Assembly: GCA_963808625.1 (NCBI GenBank)
Contig: CAWEHK010000036.1
Location: 62,936-126,935 of the forward strand
Direction of reading: 5' to 3'
DNA: 64,000 nt
From: an uncultured delta proteobacterium
GTDB taxonomy: Bacteria > Desulfobacterota > Syntrophobacteria > Syntrophobacterales > Syntrophobacteraceae
The notes beneath the pieces are model-generated. The model was given only the letters and a program-made list of their open reading frames with translations, was not told the origin of the DNA and did no database searches. The translations under genes and the position numbers were made by a program. Shown piece after piece: positions 22,101-36,172 of the stretch. Every line of letters starts with the position of its first letter. Position 1 is the stretch's first letter.

Positions 22101-25100
22101 ACCGGGAAGGTCCTCTTTCAATAACCTCTACGCCAACGCCCCCTATGACCTCTACAACGATACCTCGTCACCCATCGACGGACGATACAATTACTGGGGT
22201 TTGACTACGATCAGTGAAATGAGCCTGGGTGGTGGGTATCGGAATATTGCGGCAATTTTTGACCTGTTTGACAACGGCTCCAAGGGAGTAGTCAATTATC
22301 TGCCATGGCGCAGCAGCCCGATGGATGCTTCATCCGGCCTGCTCTCCAGGATCACCGACCCGGCTTCGGGTGACACGCTCGGTGAAGGGGGCCTCACCAT
22401 CCAGGGCATTGCCCGCGCTTCGGCGGGTCTGGAAAAAGTTCAAGTCAGCATCGACGGCGGGTTGAGTTGGAAGGACGCTGCCGCGGACCGAGGTATTTTG
22501 GCAAGACGCTTTGGAGCTATACGGTTGATGCGTTATACGAAGGAAGTTACACGATTCTTTCTCGAGCTGTTGACCGAAACGGCGAGGTCGAAGCCCCCGG
22601 AGACCGTATCGCCATTACCATTTCCCGAGGCCTGCTGACGACTTCGGGACGCTGGCCCATAACGAAACCTGGTCGGGAGTGGTGCAACTCGATGGCGATG
22701 TGATCGTCCCCGAGGGCATCACACTTACCGTCCTGCCCGGCACCATGCTTAGATTTCCTGCTCTCACCGATGCGGCATTCGGTGGGGACAATCCGTACAA
22801 GTCCGAAATCATTGTGCGGGGCAGCCTGATTGCCCAAGGGACGGAAGAGCAGCCGATCGTTTTCACTTCGGATGCCTTGCATCCGGCGAAGGGAGACTGG
22901 GGTGGGGTGCGTGGCGCTGGGACCCTGCGCCTCAGGTACATGCAGTGATGGAATATGCGACGACTGCTATTCGTTATCTTGCGGAAAGCGGCACCTATGA
23001 AGTTTTCATCGAGAACTCGACGATCCGGCACAACTCCGAAGACGGCATTAACCTGTTCTTCAGTGGTAATGCCAATATCTATGCCGTTATTGAGAATAAT
23101 TTGATAACTGACAATGGCGCCATCGGCGTCTCGTGCCAGGCTAATAGCAACCGTACCGTAGCAAACTTGCGCATTTGCGGGAATACGATCACCAACAACG
23201 GCGATTCCGGGGTTTTTTGCTTTGCCAATGCGGGCGCGAGCGGTCTTGTTTTTGATGCTGCTATTTGCAACAATACCATCCAGGCCCATCCCAAATATGG
23301 GATCTATTGCCACACTTACTATAGTCAATCCAAATTCTCTATTGATCATAACAACATCGACCGTTCTGGAACGGGGATCTTCGCTTATTATCGACGAAAC
23401 TTATGGTTTAAGCAATTCTACGTTGAGCGTCAGCAACAACACCCTTTCTGCACAAAAGTACGGGATAAATATTTATGCTGACAATTCCAGTATTTTGCCA
23501 ACGATTCAAAACAATACCGTTCATGATCACACCTCAGATGGGATCGTCTGCAACTACTATCGTGAGTATTACCGGACTTCCTGCCAGTTGGTTCCCACTC
23601 TCTCCAACAACCAGGTCTTCAACAATGCCGGCAACGGGGTCTACCTCAACGCAACAAAGCCGGTTACCGTATTGAACAATGGCTTATATGCCAACACCCT
23701 TTATGACCTGTATAACGGCTCCGGATCTGCCATAGACGCGAAGAGCAACTGGTGGGGAGTAGACACTTCCAACGAAATGAATAGCGGTGGCAATCCCAAG
23801 AACATACAAAAGATCTTTGACACGTACGATAACAGCTTCAGTGGAACGGTGGATTATGCGAACTGGCTGAATCTCTATGATGTGCCCCATCCTCCTGTCG
23901 CTGAACACGGTAACTGCTTTTACCACTGCTTCCAGTCAGACGCTTTCCGGGACCAAGGAACCTGACACCTCCGTCATTCTGAACGGAAACGAGGTGGTCC
24001 CGATTGATCCCGAGACGACCTGGTCGTATGAAAAACCCCTGACCGAAGGGATTAACCCCATCAGCCTCTATTCCCGAAACCTTGCCGGGATGGCAAGCGA
24101 AGTAGTGGTGACTCAGATAATCCGCGATACCACCGCGCCGCACATCCTGACTTCGGTGCCTGCCAATGGCTCCTATGTCCTCCATCCGTGGAGAGCGATC
24201 GATCTTAAGCTGAAGGAGGAGACACGCAGATCGATGGAGCGCCACCACTCCGGGAAGCAACGGTGCGAGGATCCCCAGGGAGTGGAGGTTTCAGGTCAGT
24301 GGACGGCGGATGCCAACCACTTCGTGTTCACTCCCGAGATGCCGCTCTCCCTGGATGGGCTTTACACGGTGACCGTCCACCCGACGGATAAGCCGATCGG
24401 GAATACCCGCACCGAAACCCTTACCTTCACCGTGGACCTGACTGCTCCCGCAAGGCTGATTCTCGATGAAGTGCCAAGCCCCACAAATATTACCCCGTTA
24501 ACCCTTTCCGGCGCCAAGGAGGCCGGAGCGTCGGTATGGATGGATGGGCGCCAGGTTATCCCAGCCGATGGACTTACCAGCTGGTCTCTTCTCCTCGATC
24601 TGGCGGAAGGAGAAAACAGCCACCGGCTCTATGCCATGGACCTTGCCGGACACCGCAGTGAGGAGACCGGAGTTCAGCATCATCCTTGATCGCGGCGCCA
24701 CCGATACTCGACAAAACCGAGCCCGTAAACGACACCTTTGTCAAAGAAAGCCCACCACGGATTGCCTTCTTCTTTAGAGACCCAACCACCGGCCTTGCCG
24801 CTGCCACAACCCTGGCCAGCGCCACCGTCAGCAGTGGTGACGGCATGACCATCCCAGGGACCTGGGAGATCCAGGCAGTCAGGCACCGTCGTCTTTTACC
24901 CCGGCTCTTCCTTTTGCCGAGGGCGCTTACACGGCGAGAGTTCAGGCTAGCAGACCTTGCCGGAAACATTACCCCGGCGACGATTAAGTTCACCTTCGAT
25001 ATTACTGCCCCTCAGGCGCCAACCCTTAACCCGGTAACCAACCCCACCATCGTGCCCTGCAAACGCTCTCCGGGACGAAGGAGGCAGGCAGCTCCATCTG

Positions 25101-28100
25101 GATCAACGGTTCCAGGTGATTCCTTTGAATCAGAAAACCTCGTGGTCCTATCCGCAAGGCCCTGGCCGAGGGGATGAACCACCTGGAAATCTATGCCAGG
25201 GACGCGGCGGGAAATCAGAGCCCGTCGGTTCTTGCCTCCATCCAATACGACAATACCGCGCCGCCTCCGGTCACCACGCTAAGGGCATCGGGAAGCGGGG
25301 CAGGAAATATGGTGTTTCTCGACTGGACGCGGCTACGATGAGGCAGGCGAAGAGGATGTGGCTTCCTACCGGGTTTATGTCTCTGACCAGCCCTTCACCA
25401 TGGTGAGCGGGTATGACTCCGAACATAACCCTGCCTGCAGGGACCTTTACCCATAGTGTGCAAAACCTCGTCAATGGCACTTGTTACTATTTTGCGGTGG
25501 TGGCCGTGGATACCATGGGGAATGCCCTCGAAACGGTCACTCCCGTTGCCGCCACCCCCTCCGATACCCAGCCGCCGGAAGATGGAACCAGTCTGCAAGT
25601 GCAGTGTTCACCCGGAAGTCTGCTGGTTAGCTGGCGCCCTTCTGCGAATAAGCGGGGAGACCTCGACGGCTATCATGTCATGGTGGGAAACCCTCCCGAG
25701 CATTACACCATGCCGCCGAACCAAAACAGCTTCGAACTTTCCAGCCCCGGCCCGGGCTCAGCCTACCCCATTACGGTCAAGGCCGTTGATACAAGTGGCA
25801 ATGAGAGTCCCGGTATGGCAACCATTGCGGTGAGCTTTGCTGGATAATCCGCGAGGGGTCTCCGCCATCCCCTCCAGCGGTAAAGTGGGGCTTTCCTGGG
25901 CTCCCAGTCAGCCCGCCGAATATGTGAAATACTATTCCATCTACGTGGCGACGAGCGACTTCGCCAGTGTCGAGGGGATGACGCCGAGGCTGAACGTTGC
26001 GGGAACGAGCGCCACGGTTGCCGGTCTTACTAATGATGTCCCTTACTTCTTTGCGGTGACGGCGGTGAATCTTTCGGGGTGCGAGACGCCTGTGGTGACT
26101 GCGGTTGCCGCTACGCCGGTACCCGATCGGCTGGGGCCGGTGGTATCCGACCTGAAACTTGGCGGCTTGCCCCTGGCCAACGGTATGACGGTGAAGACTT
26201 CCGGAATCCTCACATTGAGTGCCACGGATGCATCAGGAATGAGCCGCGTTGAGTTCTCACTGGATGGCGCCATCTTCGCCGTGGATACCAATGGCTCGAC
26301 CCGTTATTCGGCCTTACTCAACATTCTTCCGCTTACTGATGGGAACCACGACCTCGTCATGGTCGCCTACGATACGCTTGGAAATCGCACCAGTGTGAGC
26401 TTTACGCTCAATATCGAACTTGCTCTGCCGTTGGCCCCAGCTATTACCAGCCCCACCTTCGGCGTCCTCGTGAATACCCCGACCATAACGGTTTCCGGAC
26501 GTGCCGAAGCGAACTTCGAGGTGCTGCTCTACATTAACAGCATCCAAAAGGGTGCTTCGACGGTGGTGGACGGAAAGGGCAATTTCAGCATGGCTCTCAC
26601 CCTGGTCGAGGGGGAAAACCGCATTCAGGCGGCAGCACGGAACCGTGCGGGAACCGGTCCAAAGAGTGCGGAAGTGCTGGTTACCCTGGATACCACCTTG
26701 CCTCAGAAGCCAACGGGCCTTTCCGCGCAATCCGGGGCGGGTGGTGCCATCAACCTTGCCTGGCGGTCCCCGGTCGAAAAATCCCTGAAAGGCTTTCATC
26801 TTTACCGGGCAGCGCAGCCCTTCAATGCTCCTGGGGAAGCGGTCAGGATCACCAGTTCGCCGGTCGCCGGCGCCGCTTTTCGGGACCTCCCCGCCGCTGA
26901 CGGGACCTATATCTATCGGGTTTCCACGGTGGACCAGGCCGGCAACGAAAGCGGGCTCTCCGAAGCGGCTTCCGCCATTTCGGACCGCACCGCACCCTTT
27001 GCAACTGCCATCCAGTATGTCCCCTCGGGGCCCTATGATCCGGCAACGGGGAGAATGGCGCCTGGGACTGTTGCCGTGCATCTTACGGTGAGTGAGCCGC
27101 AGTCGTTTATCCCGTTTCTCAGTATCACCCCGCAGGGCGGCCTCCCGCTTGCGGTAGACCTCAGCCGGACTGCCGATATCGAGTATTCGGGCTGGTTTGC
27201 GATCAGCGAGACCACCCCTTCAGGGACCGCCTACGCCGTCTTCTCGGGCAGGGACCAGGTGGGGAACCGGGGCACGGAGATCGCTCTCGGGGGCTCGCTT
27301 GAGATTGATACCGCCGGCCCTGCGATCACCCAGATCGTGGTCCAGCCCAAACAACCGATCAAGAACGATCAGCAGAATCCGGTTCAGGTGAGTTTCATGA
27401 TCGGCCTCAACGAAGCGGTGAAGCCCGGTACCGTGCCCGAAGTCTCGTATCTTCTCTCCGGCCAGGGGCGAAACCCGACGCGGGTCTCAACCCTCGCCCG
27501 CACCAGTGCGCAGCCGGGCCATGCCCAGACGTGGCTCGGCTCTTTGATGCTTCCCGCCGACGCCGGCCGGAAGGAAGTGGAAAATCTGCAATTCGTTTAC
27601 CGGAGCATGGACGATCTCGGGAATATCGGCACCCGGGTTCTCTGCGACAACCGGTTCCAGGTCTACCAGGGGGACCTGCCGCCTCTGGATGCGCCGCAGG
27701 GGCTCACCGGGAAGGCGCTTTCGGGAGGCAGGATCAAGCTCAACTGGAAGGCAGTCTCCGGCGCGGTGGGCTACCAGCTCTACCGCAAAGGCCCCGGCGA
27801 AGCGGAACTCTTGCCCCACCAAAGGTTTGGGGTGGTGCTGTCGTTCACCGATCAGGCAGCGGCTGACGGGGTCTATGGTTACGCCATCGCGAGCATCCGG
27901 CGGGAAAACGACCAGGAAGCGGTGAGCGCCATGAGCGCTCCGATACAGGTGACTTCTGACTCGATTGCCCCGTTGGCGCCGCAAAATCTCAAACTGCAGC
28001 TCATCGGTCAGGGCATCCTCGCCGGCTGGGAGGCGCCGCCCGGAGTCGATCCGGTTACTTACGCTCTCTACCGTGCCGATGCCAACGAGATCACCTCGGT

Positions 28101-31100
28101 TGCCGGCCTGTCCCCCATCATTAGGGGTATCCGTGGGGTCCAGGCACTGGATGCGAAGCCCTCGCTGACCGACCACTGCTATGTCGTGACGGCCGTCGAT
28201 GAGGCCGGGAATGAATCGCCGCCGTCCAACTCCTTCTATCTCAATTTCACCCTGCTTCCCGTCTCGAGCCTCAAGGTGGTCCAGGACGGGACTGAATCCC
28301 CCGGTGATTTCCTGGACCCATCCGGGAGGGGACATTGCCGGGTACACCCTGAGTCTCGGCCCGGTGAAGCTCCATCAAGGACTGCTTACCGCGCTTTCCT
28401 TCACCGATACGGGCTACACCGGAGATGAGCGAAGCTACACCGTGACCGCCGTTGACAGCAACGGCATCGAAAGCCCGGGGCGAAGCATCACCCTGCCGCT
28501 TCTCGAAGCGACCATAAAAGAGGGCGAGCAGCTCAAGCGCGGCCTCATGAATCGCCTTGAATACCTGGTCGAGAATCGCTCGGCAGCGAAGGTCGAGCAC
28601 ATTCGCCTGAAGAGTGTCATCGGCTCGCACCAGCACCTCTCGGAAGAGTTCAGCATGGATGCAGCAGGCTCACGGGTGGTGCCGGTATCCATCGGAGGCT
28701 ATGCTGACCTTCCCGACTCTGCGAAGGTTACCACAACCATTTCTATCATTCCAAACGAAGGGGAAGAGGTGCGGGTCGTCCGCACCGCCGAAGTTGCGGT
28801 CCAGGATGGGAGGCTCGAGCTTGAAGTCCTCAATGAGGCGTTCACGCGGGGCGGTGTCGGGAAGGTCCAGTTTACCCTGAAGAACACCGGGGATGAAGAA
28901 ATCGAGATCGTTACGGCAACGGCGTTCGGGATCTTCGCCCTCGAACGAAGTGACCTTCTCCCTCCTGGATGGCGACGGCAATGTGCTCTCCTATAGGCCT
29001 TTCAAACAAAACCTCGGGCAGAATGTGGTGGCCCTGGCAAATGGGAAGACGGTTGCCCGGATTCCCGCAGGAGCAGGGTTTACCTCGGACTTTATGGAAA
29101 TTCCGGTGCCCCTTGGCGCTCCCGATCAGGCAATCGTGCAGCTTGCCGTGGCCAGAGATTTATTACCATCAGGGGAAGCCCGAGCAGGTGGTGATGGACG
29201 GGATTGAGCACCAGGCGCCGGCTTTCGCTGGTAGATACGGCCTATTACGGGGAAGTCCTGAGCGTCACGCCCCAGGTCTCGAACGGCGATCAAAACATCG
29301 TGATCTCCGGCCGGGCTGTGGAACGGGCAACGGGGCAGCCCCTGGGAGCGGTGCCGCTGAAGCTGGTGATATCGGTAAGCGGTTTCGAGCGGACGTCAAG
29401 ATCTACACCGATCCTGACGGGGCTTTTGCTTACCCTTTCACGCCGCTTCCCCTGGAATCGGGTGTCTACAAGGTCTGGGCGGTGCACCCGGAGGTCCAGG
29501 ACAAACCGGTGCAGGGACAGTTTACGATAAACCGGGTGACCACTCAATCCGTGACCGTGAACCTGAACGTTCCGAAGAATTATGAACAGCAGGTCCGCAT
29601 CCAGGTCAGTGCGGGAGACGGGACCGTCGTTCATAATGTGCGCCTCGCCTATGAGGCGGCCGACCAGCCGGGAGGCGTCCTCCCGACAGGGGTTCATGTG
29701 ACGCTCGGGGCTCCCGTAGCAGTGCTTGGCTCGGGGGCGAGCGCTTCCCTCTCGCTCGGGGTGTGGGCGGATAACACTGCGGCCCAGACCGCGCGGCTTG
29801 GCGCTCAAGGTCAAGAGCGACGAAAAGAGCGCGGGCGCCTGGGGCTCGGTCGTGATCAACGCCCAGTTCTCGGATGCGCAGCCGGCCCTCTACTTTACTC
29901 CGGACCACCTGGAAACGGGAGTGGCGTTCGACGGCGTCGCCTCCGAGACGGTCACCCTGGAAAACCGGGGCCTTGCCGATCTCAATAATGTCACGCTGAC
30001 GCTCCTCTCCCAGGACGGGTCAGCAGCGCCTTCGTGGGCCCATTTGAATGCGGACTGTTCGCAGGGGGTGATCGCCATGGGCGAGAAACGACCGGTAAGT
30101 CTCTCCTTCAGTCCCACTTCGGTCACGGCCCAGGAAGGCTTTCACACCCTCTATCTTCGAGTTTCCAGTGCCAACTTCCGCACGATCAACATTCCGATCT
30201 ATGTCTCCATCACCCAGTCCGGAATCGGAAATGCCATCTTTAAGGTGGCAGACATTTATACCGGTTCGCTCGATGCGAGCGGAAAGATCGTCCAGGGGCT
30301 TGCCGGGGCGAAAGTCACGGTCCAGAACGAACAGGTCCTGACCGTTGTGGCAACCCTCGGGACTGATGGCCTGGGAGAGGCCTATTTCACGAATCTTCCG
30401 ACCGGCCACTACCAGTACCGGATCACCGCCGGCAATCACCAGGAAGCGACCGGCCGGCTCTGGATCAAGCCCGGGATCACTGCTACGGAGGAGGCCTTCC
30501 TGGCTTACAACCTGGTAACGGTTGTGTGGGAAGTGAAGGAGACGACCGTTCAGGACCAGTATGAAATCGTCCTCAAGGCAACCTACGAAACCAACGTCCC
30601 GGCAGCTGTGGTGGTGATGGAGCCGGCTTCGGTGACATTGCCCGCGATGAGGACCGGCGATGTCCTGAACGGGGAATTTGCCCTGACCAACTACGGCCTC
30701 ATTCGGGCGGAGCATCTGCAGTACCTCCTCCCGGCTGACAACCCCTATTTCAAATATGAGCTTCTGACGGCCATTCCCGCTTCCCTTGGCGCCAAGGAAC
30801 GGATCTCGGTTCCCGTACCGCATCATCTGCCTCAAGTCCCCCAATCCGGCGCAGGATGGGGGGGCAACCGGCGGCGGATGTGAGCGGAGTGCGCAATTCG
30901 GCAAGGTGATTTACGACTATAAGTGCGCCAATGGCAGCAGTTTTTCAACCAGCTTTCCCTACTGTTATCTGTATGACAACGGGCAGTGTTCGGGTTCCTC
31001 CGGAAGTCCGGGTGGAGGCGGCGGAAGTGGCGGCACCGATTACTATGGGCCGCCTCCGGGCGGTGGGGGTGGCGGCAGCGGGGGCAGCGGGCCATCGCTC

Positions 31101-34100
31101 GAGCCGATCAAGGGCGTCAAGTGCTTGAAAATAGCGGAAAGAAGAGAGGACTTTCTTGATCTGATCAAGACCGTAAAGAATGCCTGGAGCAAAGCCTGGC
31201 AGCGGATCAAGGACACTTTGCAGGACATCATGTTCTATGTCGGCTGCTCGGTTAATGCGGTGACGCGTGAGTACAACGATGAGGCCACCGACCTCGCGGT
31301 TAAGACGCCGGGGGAAGTCTCGGCGTGCAGCGACTCTTCTACGGAAATGAGTGGCATTGGGAATACACACGCAACAACCTGCGTTTTGGATGGGATTCCC
31401 TGGGACAGTACATCGAATCCATCGAAAAGGGAGGGGTCCGCTATCAGCTTTCGGCAACGGGAACGACCCCCGCCGTATTTATTCACGATACCTACCGAAT
31501 TACCCAGCAGGAAAGCGGGTACCTGTGGGAGGACAAATTCAGGAACTGGATGGCATTCGGTCTCACCGGAAGGATGATTTCCTTCGGTTCCCGCATCGGG
31601 GTCCTGGGGAAGCTCGTTTACGAAGAAGGTGAGAGCGGAAGGCTCATGGGAATTGCTGACCGAAATGATCGGCAGGTCTTCTGGTTTGAATACATCTCGG
31701 ATAATCGGATCGCAGCGGTCCGTGACGGCGTTGGCCGGCGCGTCGAATATGGCTACACCGGCTCTCACCTGACGAGCGTGAAGGATGTCCTTGGAAACCT
31801 GACCCTGTACGAGTACGACGCCACCGGGAGGCTGGTTAAGAGCACCGACTCCGGAGGACGTCCTACCTTTATCAGCTACGATGCGTACGGCAATGTCTCC
31901 CAGGTGGTGGATCGCTTCGGTAAAGGGGACTTCTTCCAGTACGACTATGATGCGGGCAAAAACGAATATTACGCTCAGATCAGGACCTCATCGGGGATGA
32001 TCAAGGAAGTCTGGTATGACGGGGACGGTGAAACCAGGCGGGTAGATGTAAATGGGCGGACCATCAAGAAAATTGTGAAAGACAGCCGTGACCTGGTGGT
32101 TACCGATGAAAAGGGCAATACCACCAGGAAATACTACGACGAGTGGGACAATCTTACCAAGGTCATCTACCCCGATGGATCTAGCGCGTCCTTCGAATAC
32201 GAGCACACATTCAACAAGCTCACGCGCGCCAGGGACTTTCTTGGAAACGTCGACCGAGTTCACCTACGACAGCAAGGGCAACCTGAGCCAGAAGGTCGAA
32301 GCCGTGGGCGCGAGTTGCGAACGGAAGACCACGTTTACGTATGACGAAGTGGGGCAGCTTCTTGGCGCATCCATTGCGGAGGATGCGGTGACGCAGAGCG
32401 CAGCGATAGCTCTCACCTACACCGCCGAGGGAAACCTCGCAACCCTGACCGATCCCGAAGGCAATACAAGTCACTTTCTCGAATACGACAACATGGGCAA
32501 TCTCCTCAGGATGAAGCGATCCTCTCGGGCATCTCGGGACGCTCAGCTATGATCATCGCGGCCGGTTGACGGCAACCACCGACCCGCTTGGTCACACGAC
32601 CGCCTTCGAATACGACGGCGCCAACAACCGGACAGCCCTCATCAATGCCGCCCTCAAGCGATTCGATTTCGAGTACGACGATCATAACAACCTGGTGAGA
32701 GCGATTGATCCGCGCGGGAAAGTTGTGAGCGCCGAGTACAACACGGATGATCTGCCGACGAAAACCGTCGATCAGGAGGGGAAGGGGTCGCGGTTTGAAT
32801 ATGACAGCGAGGGACGTCTTGTCAAGGCGATCGATGGTGCCGGAAATGAGACGGTTTACCACTACGATGAAAGCCTGGAAACCGTGGCTTCCTCCTATAA
32901 GCCCGTGCAGATCGACTATCCGACCTATACCAGGAAGATCACTTACGACAGCCTGCAAAGGATCGTCCGGGAGACGGACATTCCGGATGGGAATACCACC
33001 CATTCCGCGAGTTACACGTACGACGCCGGAGGGAACATTGTTTCAAAACGGATGAAGAGGGGAATACCAGCTTCTTTGAATACGATGCTTTGAACCGGCT
33101 GGTGAAAATCATCGATCCCCTGGGAGGGACGAGCCGGATCAACTACGACAACCGCGGCAATGTCCTTTCCAGGGAAGATCCCAAGGGCGGAATCACGAGT
33201 TACCGGTACGATCGGAACAGTCGTCTGCTCAAGATGACGCGCCCCCTGGGGGAAGAGACCACCTATCGGTATGACGCTCTGGGGAACCGGACTGCGGTGC
33301 TTGACTCGAAGGGTCAGAAGATTGGCTATGAATACGATGACCGAAACCGGCTGGTTCGCGCCCATTACTATGCTGCGGGAGATCATTTCGACCCGGTCAA
33401 GACTGTCGACTTTTCTTACGATAATCTTGGAAGACTCATCTCCTACGACGACGGGACAACTTCGGCCGCGTACACCTATGACGAGCTGGGTCGAAAGACG
33501 GAAGAAGCCGTAAACTATGGTCCGTTTACCCTTGGCTACTCATACGCCTACTATGCTAACGGCGCGAAAAAGAGCTTCACGGGGCCGGACGGATCGAGGA
33601 TCGACTACGCCTATGATGCGAACAACCGTCTGAGCTCCATCGCCATTCCGGGAGACGGGCAGATCACCTACAACACCTACCGGTGGAACAGCCCGAATCG
33701 GATCACCCTGCCGGGCGGGTCGACGGCGGAATACACTTACGATCCCCTCATGCAGATGAAGGAACTCGCCGTCAAGGACCCGGGTAAAAACCTGCTCATG
33801 GCCCACCAGTACGAACATTCTCCCGCCGGGAACATCACGGCGAAGAAGACCGAGCACGGCGATTACGGCTATCAGTATGACCGGTTGTATCGTCTCATCG
33901 AAGCCCTGAAACCTGGCTCGTCCAGGGAGTCCTTCACTTACGATGCCGTCGGGAACCGGCTTACTTCGGCGGGAACGGAGGGTTCGTGGAGCTACAACGA
34001 AAACAACGAGCTCCTCTCGTATGGTCTTCTTTCCTTCCAATATGATGAGAATGGGAATCTCACGGAAAAATCCATCGGGGGGTTGCCGGCGTTACGGTAC

Positions 34101-35365
34101 GTCTATGATGTGGAAAACCGCCTGGTTCAGGTCGAGCGGGGCGATGGACTCGTTATTGCAACTTATCACTATGATCCCTTCGGGCGGCGGCTATGGAAAG
34201 AGGTGGGCGGCATCCGGACCTATTTCCTCTATGCCGACGAGGGGCTGATCGGTGAATACGATGCAAACGGGAACGCCATCAAGACCTACGGCTATGCTCC
34301 CGGCTCCTCCTGGACCACCGATCCGCTCTACCTCAAAGTGGGGTCGCAGACCTACTGGTATCAAAACGATCATCTCGGAACGCCGCAAAAGCTCATCGAC
34401 ACCAGCGGCAGAGTGGTCTGGTCCGCGACCTACGATGCCTTCGGCGCAGCCCAAATCGCGATCTCCGAAGTCGAAAACAACCTCCGCTTTCCCGGTCAGT
34501 ACTACGATGCCGAGACCGGGTTCCACTACAACTGGAACCGATACTACGACCCAGCCACGGGAAGATACCTGAGTGCAGATCCATTGGACAAGGGTTGAAC
34601 CTCTATGTATTGGGTCATTTAGCAACCCGGCCAACTGGGTTGATCCTCGTGGGCTGTGTGCCATTAAAGGTGCTGCAAATGCTGCTCTTAACGTAGTCTA
34701 CCAAGCATTGGCCACGACGTACGACCTTGAACAGGTTATTTATTATGGTCTCACTGGAGATATTTTTGATTTAAGCCAACAAGCGCCATTGGCCTTGCGG
34801 CTGAAGCAGGAGCAGGTACGAGTGATATACTTCTCAGCATGCTCATGGGAATGGTTGACGTGCCTTTGGAGTTTGTTCGTGCGATTCGATCCGGAGATGC
34901 TGAGAGACTTGGTGCAGCAGCCTTCGACTTTGCGTTGCTTGTGTATGGCGCCGGCAAGACTGGAAGGACAGGTTCCTTTGGCAGACTGCTTGGGGATGAA
35001 ACGGGTGCTGTTGGAAACATTAGGCCCAAATATTATCGCTATGTTAGTGACACGGAAGCTGAACTTATCAGAAGGACTGGAAGACATAATCAAATGTTGA
35101 TCCGGCAGGTAATATTAAAGATGTCTACATAACAGATCGATATTACAGTACCACGGGAAGAGCAAAGACTCATCTACAGTTGAAGGATAAACCAGAACAA
35201 TACCGTGTTGAGATAGATCCGGAGACGTAACTAACCGGACTCAATTTAGAAAAATCGATCCTAGTGCCAATCGAATCTGTGGGGCATAGGTAGGGGAACC
35301 AGGCAACTACAAGAGATTCTATTTCGGTAGATAGATCGAAAATAGAACGATTAAAAGGTTGGTAA
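19165..35365 (+). CDS. Giant (~5,400 aa) secreted Rhs/YD-repeat polymorphic toxin with parallel beta-helix, Ig-like and FN3 domains; broken by many indels
   Basis: Sec signal MRIAKLYGRLAALLVILPFFIAPGAIHA; consecutive overlapping fragments 19141-34598 with beta-helix, Ig and FN3 (AVDxxGNES) motifs; YD repeats from ~31300; Rhs core DHLGTP...NNLRFPGQYYDAETGFHYNWNRYYDPATGRY...PANWVDPRGL; variable C-terminal domain to a TAA at 35363-35365. Confidence 0.85.
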
Positions 35366-35371
35366 TCTAAA

Positions 35372-35803
35372 ATGGCCTGAAACTATTGTATTTAGAATTA
35401 TTTCTCGTAAAACGAGGAAACGCATTGCCAATGTGATTGTATACGTTACGTTGATTGTTGAACATAAAAATAACTATATATTGGGTCCTTATCTAAGCGA
35501 CGAACATGGTGAGATTGAAATTACAAAGAATTCAATTTATGACAATATAAAATCACTTCAGCGAAGTGCTTTAATGGATTATTCGTAGATTTGAGTCAAT
35601 GTAAGTATTGTATAATTGTTGTTGAAGATAAGGCGTTAATTGAAAGTCGCATACATAGGTTGACACAATTTTATCCGGAAGAAGGACATAGGCTTCAATT
35701 ATTATTGAACAATTCAGCTAATAAACAACTTAAAAGTACCGAAAGAACGTGCGATATATTAACCTTATTTCAGTCCATTGAAATAGAAGTTGATGAAATA
35801 TGA
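35372..35803 (+). CDS. Probable cognate immunity protein (~143 aa after two indel corrections)
   Basis: AT-rich ORF starting 6 nt after the toxin stop: (M)PETIVFRIISRKTRKRIANVIVYVTL...KNNYILGPYLSDEHGEIEI...QFYPEEGHRL...EVDEI. Confidence 0.65.
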
Positions 35804-36172
35804 TCAAATTAACCAAATATCTTGAAAAAGATATCAGATTCCAATGGATAACACTTTCCTCTGTAGAGGGATTTCAGAAACTGATGTTTTGCGAAATATG
35901 GTTCTCGAAATTCCGATAGAAGATTCTGCAAGAAGATCTCAATAGAAGGGTGCATTAAAGAAAGGGCAACCAGTACTGCCAAGATAATCAATCAGCTTCT
36001 TGATCACAGTAGCAAGCAGGAAACATGCAATGTACCCATATCTATGAAATATTTCACGTTCCTTCGATGTGCTAACATTTCAAGGCTTCAACCTTTGCAG
36101 GAGGTATGTATCTGGAAAATACTGATGGCAAAAGAAGTCGGAAATGGCTGCACTGATTGCTGGAGAGGAAGG

